A stretch of DNA of 13,403 bases from Azolla caroliniana (Eukaryota > Plantae > Polypodiophyta), in the NCBI GenBank assembly GCA_043228905.1, contig JBHGNT010000955.1:1-13403 (forward strand), read 5' to 3'. A model generated the notes under the pieces. The model saw nothing but the letters and a program-made list of their open reading frames with translations. It searched no databases and had not been told where the DNA came from. This document shows positions 8,582-13,403 of this stretch, one piece after another. Positions within the stretch are counted from its first letter, which is position 1, and every line of letters starts with the position of its first letter. Position numbers and translations under genes: made by a program.

Positions 8582-9528
8582 TGTCGCGATATTCCGCGAG
8601 TACGTGTAAGATCCAAGGTGGGACCGCGGGGGTCTTGGACTAGGGAGTAGAGGGTACTGGGAGACTAATTCCCTCCGTGATCGACCGCACCAGAGTAGCA
8701 CAAAACCGGATCATTACCGGTTTGGGTACAGGAGGCTACTAAATCAGAAAAGAGGGCGAGATGGATAGAGAGAGAGAGAGAGAGAGAGACCACGCACGCA
8801 CGCAACATTGGCCTAACTCACGCCCTTATGTACAAAAACAAAGGGAAAGAAACGCATCCGACACCAACAAAGACACAAATATGCATAACCTGTTATATAT
8901 AATTACAAGAGCAAGATACAACTCCGGCTTCGAGCCGGACCAAGGTAGGTTAGGTTACAACAGCCGTCTACTGCCAAGTCGCCGATCGGGGAGCTCTCGG
9001 GCTCGTCGCGCCGAGTGGGGTCTTGCACAGGAGACCAAGTAGAAGCAAACCCCACTGAACATACAAGCTCTTCACCGGACTCAACCCTAAATAGACACGA
9101 AGGAGAAGAAGAAGTCGAAGAACCCTAACCGAAAACATGAAAGTAAGAAGAAGAAGAAGAAAGCTACCAAGATAACACCCTAAAACAAAGTAGGGAGAAA
9201 AGACCAAAGTACAAACCTTAAGAGAATAAGAGAAAGATTAAGACCAAGAACTACCCTAAATCTAATGGTATACCCTCCCAATTCAAAATGGGCAACCCCT
9301 CTACAAGGGACCCTTCGTTCCTTTTATAGAACAAGGAGAGGGATGCATAACAATGTGGGATAAATCCCGATTTACATGGGATCCTCTGTCCCGATTTAAC
9401 TCCTTCTCGGCACCATAAGGGCACCCCTATTATTCACATGTTTATACAAGGGTAAGTGCACATGATGCACTTTGCCGATGTTTCCAATATTTCCTGGTTT
9501 CTCACCGTGACCCGGAATCTTCACTACA
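8582..9528 (-). repeat. E2 3' LTR (947 bp)
   Basis: Minus strand starts TGTAGTGAAGATTCCG right after the PPT; the other end reads TGTCGCGATATTCCG on plus (imperfect inverted repeat); CTATAAAAG at 9329-9321; U5 motif at 8620-8647. Confidence 0.8.
8767..8789. repeat. (AG)11 microsatellite inside the E2 LTR
   Basis: Read directly from the sequence. Confidence 0.97.
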
Positions 9529-9545
9529 TCCGCCCCCACCAAACC
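9529..9545 (-). promoter_or_regulatory. E2 polypurine tract
   Basis: GGTTTGGTGGGGGCGGA directly before TGTAGTG; homologous to the E3 PPT. Confidence 0.8.
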
Positions 9546-10071
9546 ACACGTCCACCGGTACGTGCCAAGTTCGGAGAAGGGTGAGAGATTCCGGCCGGTG
9601 AGGAACCCGTCTTCCGTAATCTACATTTTGGCTGTCGTGTTGGCCTTGCTGGTTTGAATCGTCGGCTCCGGTTCCTTCTCCGCACTTGCCTCTTCGTAGG
9701 CTCGTTTGACCCGTCGTTAGGTCATTCACAGTGATCCCGTGGTCTGCGTGCTTCCCTGTTGGCCCTTCTTTCGACTGCATTCACGCTTCTCGTTCCTTCG
9801 GATACGCAGTGTCCTCCATCCGAGGAGCACCCGTGATGGCCCGCTTGGCCTCTGTCGACCTTCGCGTCGTCCCGATTCTCGTTCCGCACTGACCTCCAGC
9901 GCCTTTGTCCCTCGCCATCGCCTACCTTCTCCTTGGTCTTATGCTGCCATGACGACCGAATTGCCAAGGTCTCCAGAACCAGTGTGGAGGATCCCTCTCT
10001 GGCCTTCTACATGAGATCGCTTGGACCCACAACTCATCTTCGTGCATGTATTCCCGCTCTGGTACCTCCGT

Positions 10072-10988
10072 TGTCGTAGTGTAATTCACACACTACATGA
10101 AAATTGCATTTTGGTCCTTCCGAATGGGACAAGGAAGAATCGGCAAGAAAGACCTAGTGCGAACCGGAAGGAGGAACCGGTAAGGACTGAACCCGGTAAG
10201 GAGACCCAACAAGAGCCGGATGAAAAAGGCCGGTGAGAGTCGGTGAGAAACGAGCGAAGAGGACCGGTAAGGAGGACTTGGTAAGAACCGGATAAAGAAA
10301 ACCGGCGAGAACCGGATGAAGAAGGCCGGTGAGAGTCTCTCACCGGATGAAGAGACAAATTTGTAAGTAAAAGAAAAGATTGTTACATGCATAGGGCAAG
10401 ATTCAAACCTTGCACCTCCATGTTAATAATATTAAGCCTTACCACTATACTAGCATATTATGAATTTTAAAGTTATACTAAACTTTATCCCATGTAAATA
10501 TTCTAGATATGCACCAGTACAAAAAGTTACTCATACATACACACTCGAGTTAAAAGAAAAGATGGGATAGAAAGCTAATCATGCACATGGAGTGTGCATG
10601 AAAACTAAAGTTAGAAAAAGCATGTTAGATAAAGCATATAGTCTATAGTTAGAGAAAAAACATGGATTGTGAAGACTCTATCATCACTATATAAGGATGA
10701 GGAGCACAATGTAATAGGGGGTGAAATACTTGGAAATTGGATATATTTCCTAAAACACCAATTAATATAATATATTCTTGGGATTCACGAATTTGTGATC
10801 AAAATTGTCTCTTACTATCTAAATATTGATTAAATACACTAAACTCATGGGATTCACGAGATTCATAACTTACCTATCTTTCTACCTATTCATAACTAGC
10901 CTTATATTGTATTCTTCTTTCTCCGAGTCCAAAACCTCAGTGGTTCCCACCCGACTCACGCAATGATCTGGAGCCGAAAGGCACGACA
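10072..10988 (+). repeat. E3 5' LTR (917 bp)
   Basis: TGTCGT...ACGACA perfect 6-bp inverted termini; CTATATAAG at 10687-10695; U5 motif at 10921-10948; first ~250 bp repeated at 13144. Confidence 0.88.
10395..10455 (-). other. tRNA-derived A-box/B-box module (not an intact tRNA)
   Basis: Minus strand TAGTATAGTGGTAAG (10452-10438) and GGTTTGAATC (10409-10400) at tRNA-like spacing, with a GCAAG/CTTGC stem around the B box. No acceptor stem. Confidence 0.55.
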
Positions 10989-10992
10989 CAAG

Positions 10993-11010
10993 TGGTGAAC
11001 CTGACGTGAA
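10993..11010 (+). promoter_or_regulatory. Primer binding site, tRNA-Trp
   Basis: TGGTGAACCTGACGTGAA is 17/18 to the complement of the plant tRNA-Trp 3' end; the mismatch is C>T in a CpG. Confidence 0.87.
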
Positions 11011-11026
11011 GACGGGTGGCAAAGAG

Positions 11027-12489
11027 ATGGAGAATCAACAAGAGGCGATGACCATAATGATGATGATGATTGAGCGAATGCAACAAGAACAACGTGCGAT
11101 GTCGGAGATGAAGGCGGTAGTAGAGTGGCTTCTACGATGAAATGGGGAATCAATGGAAAGGATGTGTCATGCTATCTATGTGACTACAAGGCAGAGATGA
11201 TGCGATGTGGGAGACCGAAAGGATTGCAAGTGATATCCTTCAGCCGGGTAACCACGGATGGGTTACAAGAGAGAATCTACAAGATACGGCAACAAAACCC
11301 AACATGGGGGTCCTTTGAAGAAGCTTTACGAGAGGCATATGACTACGAGAGATCGAAGGGACGAGATCGGCGAGAGTTCAATGAATGGGTGGCATCGGAG
11401 AAGACCCACCGAAGTGCAACACTAGCATTCTTAGAGTTTGAGTATCGTTTTGCTCAACTCTCAGAGCGGGAAGAACGATTGGTGGGGATGGATAATGTCC
11501 TAATGTTCGTGAAGTCGATCAATCGGAAAGAAATCATGGACATCGGGATCAAACTCGAAGACGATGACGGTGCAAATGGTCTTACCGAGGATTGGGTTGA
11601 AGTTGAAAGGGTATGCTGGACACATGATGAGAGGAAGATGAGAATCTTGTCAACAACCACATGGCTCATGAAGGATGGTCAATTGAGGACAAACGATGTA
11701 GCCGACATGAAGGCCGAAATACAATACGAAGGTACCACGGGAGAGGGTGTAGAACAAGCTACCCTCTTGTCTTGCAAAAGAACGACGGCGAAGGATAAGG
11801 CCAATAGACTAAGAGTGGCGAACACCACTTCAAGTGTAGAAGAAGATTTTGGGATACGAGTGTTCGAGACATCGGATGAGAAAGAGTTAAGCATAATAGA
11901 TGCTTTCATAATTGATGGAGATAAAGAGTGCGAGGCAGACTTGATTAAGGAGGTCGCCGCAAAAGATTACATCGAATCGGAGGTGGCTATGGACAAATCA
12001 ATGTCGGATGACCATATCAAGACTTTCCCATCACTAATTCTAGAGACTCCGGCGGTTGCGTCTGAAAGGCAACGTGAGACTGAAGAGACGGAAGGTGGCG
12101 GAGAGAAAACAAAGGTCGAAGCCAATGCATACGATGGAGAGATAGCCGAGAAGGTGGCTATAGGTGAAACAACGGAGGACGATAATACCGTGGATTTCTG
12201 CCCACTAATTCTAGAGACTTCGGCGGTTGTGTCCGAGAACCAACGTGAGACCGGAGAGACGGGAGGTGGGAGTAAAGAATGTAAAATGGGAAGTGGGTTC
12301 GGATGGAAGATCATCAGGTCAGAATTCCGGTCTAAAAGAAAGCTAAAGCAAGCGGAAGTGGATTCGGGAAAAATCCGAGAGTTCGACGCGGACGGAAATC
12401 ATTCCAACCGGAAGCTGATCGAACGACACCGATCCGGAAAGAAGTTCTGGAAATCAAACCGGTCGAGACCGGTGAAAACAAAGAAATGA
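11027..12489 (+). pseudogene. gag: E3 gag-like ORF, nearly intact (capsid-like N-terminal half plus acidic tail)
   Basis: ATG at 11027 gives MENQQEAMTIMMMMIERMQQEQRAMSEMKAVVEWLLR*NGE. A stop at 11138 and a 1-nt shift near 11150 join it to NGKDVSCYLCDYKAEM...TWGSFEEALREAY...FLEFEYRFAQL, open to 12489. The gag call rests on position after the PBS and the FxG..YL / W..F..AL pattern; no CCHC knuckle seen. Confidence 0.72.
11981..12272 (+). repeat. 171-bp (57-aa) period in-frame duplication in the gag tail
   Basis: AGGTGGCTAT at 11981 and 12152; CACTAATTCTAGAGACT at 12032 and 12203; peptides LILETPAVASERQRETEETEGG and LILETSAVVSENQRETGETGGG. Confidence 0.9.
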
Positions 12490-13125
12490 AAGAAAATCCA
12501 GACGGAAACCGATCGGTTGAAACCGACTTGAAAGGGGGCCGAATTGGTAAAAACCGATCAACCGATTCCGATTCGGACAAATATGAATCGAAATGGAAGC
12601 CGATCTAACCGAAAGATGATCAGACGACACCAATATAGAAAGAAGCTTATCCGACTCAACCGGAGGTCGGAGAGATCCAGGATGATAAAGACAAGGAAGA
12701 GGCCAAGTAGGTGCACTACAAAGGATGACAAGGACCAAGCGGGCCAACCAAATTTGAAGGGTGTTACCAAGGATGAGATCGCGACAAAGGAGGGCTTTAT
12801 CATGAAGATTGTCAATTCTAACACGAGATTATATGACAAAGGTGGACGAAGTGGAAAGCATGTCACCTGCACAAGAAGAGCACAAGGAGCCATCACAGCC
12901 GATCATGGCAATTCAAAGAATGAAAGAAGAATATGGTGGATCGGATGGCGACAATGGTTCGGGTGGAAAGAATGTATATACTCAAAATGGAGAGACAAAG
13001 TCGACATAGCAAGCGAAACGAAGGGTACTACGAGTAAAGGAGAATTACAAGAAACCTGCAACCGAACAGAACCGACAACGAGACTAACAATCACCGACAA
13101 CTTCGGCACATACCGGAGGATGTGC

Positions 13126-13143
13126 GGGTTTGGAGGGGGCGAG
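13126..13143 (+). promoter_or_regulatory. E3 polypurine tract
   Basis: GGGTTTGGAGGGGGCGAG abutting the TG of the 3' LTR. Confidence 0.87.
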
Positions 13144-13403
13144 TGTCGTAGTGTAATTCGCACACTACATGAAAATTGCATTTTGGTCCTTCTGAATGGG
13201 ACAAGGAGGAATCGGCAAGAAAGACCCAATGCGAACCGGAAGGAGGAACCGGTAAGGACCGAACCCGGTAAGGAGACCCAGCAAGAGCCGGATGAAAAAG
13301 GCTGGTGAGAGTCGGTGAGAAATGAACGAAGAGGACCGGTAAGGAGGACCCGGTAAGAACCGGATAAAGAAAACCGGCGAGATCTGGATGAAGCAGACCC
13401 GGT
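13144..13403 (+). repeat. E3 3' LTR (partial)
   Basis: About 14 substitutions versus 10072-10321 over 250 bp, counted by eye. Confidence 0.95.

Larger units (their letters stand above)
8582..10071 (-). mobile_element. E2: 3' end of a related element (gag tail, PPT, 3' LTR), interrupted by E3
   Basis: Minus strand SSTLVLETLAIRSSWQHKTKEKVGDGE (~9993-9910) matches the E1/E3 gag-tail motif; pre-PPT and PPT match E3; LTR follows. Confidence 0.8.
10072..13403 (+). mobile_element. E3: non-autonomous gag-only LTR retroelement (TR-GAG-like), 3' LTR cut by the window end
   Basis: Direct repeats start at 10072 and 13144 (offset 3072), with PBS, gag-like ORF and PPT in order. The 2.15-kb interior has no PR, RT, RNase H or integrase motif. 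Confidence 0.88.

Noticed and set aside
6859-8647. DNA transposon with terminal inverted repeats at 6859-6886 and 8620-8647
   Set aside because: The inverted match is explained by the same U5 motif in two oppositely oriented LTRs; no transposase is present.
9083-9260. Interstitial telomeric array
   Set aside because: The CCCTAA(A) units are isolated, not tandem.
10390-10460. Functional tRNA gene
   Set aside because: No acceptor stem or proper anticodon arm, and the B box is mutated.
11125-11150. Track N-terminus MASTMKWGI as the true gag start
   Set aside because: It is a GTG-start artefact of a frameshift. ATG 11027 mirrors the E1 start position and restores GE(F)NGKDV.
12544-13308. 254-aa ORF as a second E3 gene
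   Set aside because: It has a TTG start, is low-complexity K/R/T-rich, and runs through the PPT into the LTR. The T-poor strand has few stops by composition, and no pol motif is present.

Overview
Repeat-only DNA from a eukaryote, almost certainly a land plant (inferred from the plant-type Copia and Athila/Tat-type Gypsy motifs and the match to plant tRNA-Trp; a bryophyte is plausible but unproven). No host gene is present and most ORFs in the track are spurious or broken pieces. The window is a nest of LTR retroelements. (1) 1-1625 (+): 3' part of a decayed Ty1/copia element with RT/RNase H deleted, apparently inserted 14 bp inside the 3' LTR of the next element. (2) 1626-6364 (-): non-chromovirus Ty3/gypsy remnant with an internally deleted pol, followed by a large decayed extra ORF (Pro/Thr repeats plus coiled coil) that is interrupted by (3) a ~506-bp solo LTR. 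(4-6) Three related elements, E1 (+, 6365-8581), E2 (-, 8582-10071) and E3 (+, 10072 to the window end). They share a Gag-tail motif and a fixed-position U5 motif; E1 and E3 have a tRNA-Trp PBS, and E2 and E3 a conserved pre-PPT motif. E3 runs LTR-PBS-gag-PPT-LTR with no pol. The best novelty candidates are this pol-less, Trp-primed gag-only family, a tRNA-like A/B-box module in the E3 LTR, and the extra Gypsy ORF. All alignments and counts were done by eye; no database search was run.
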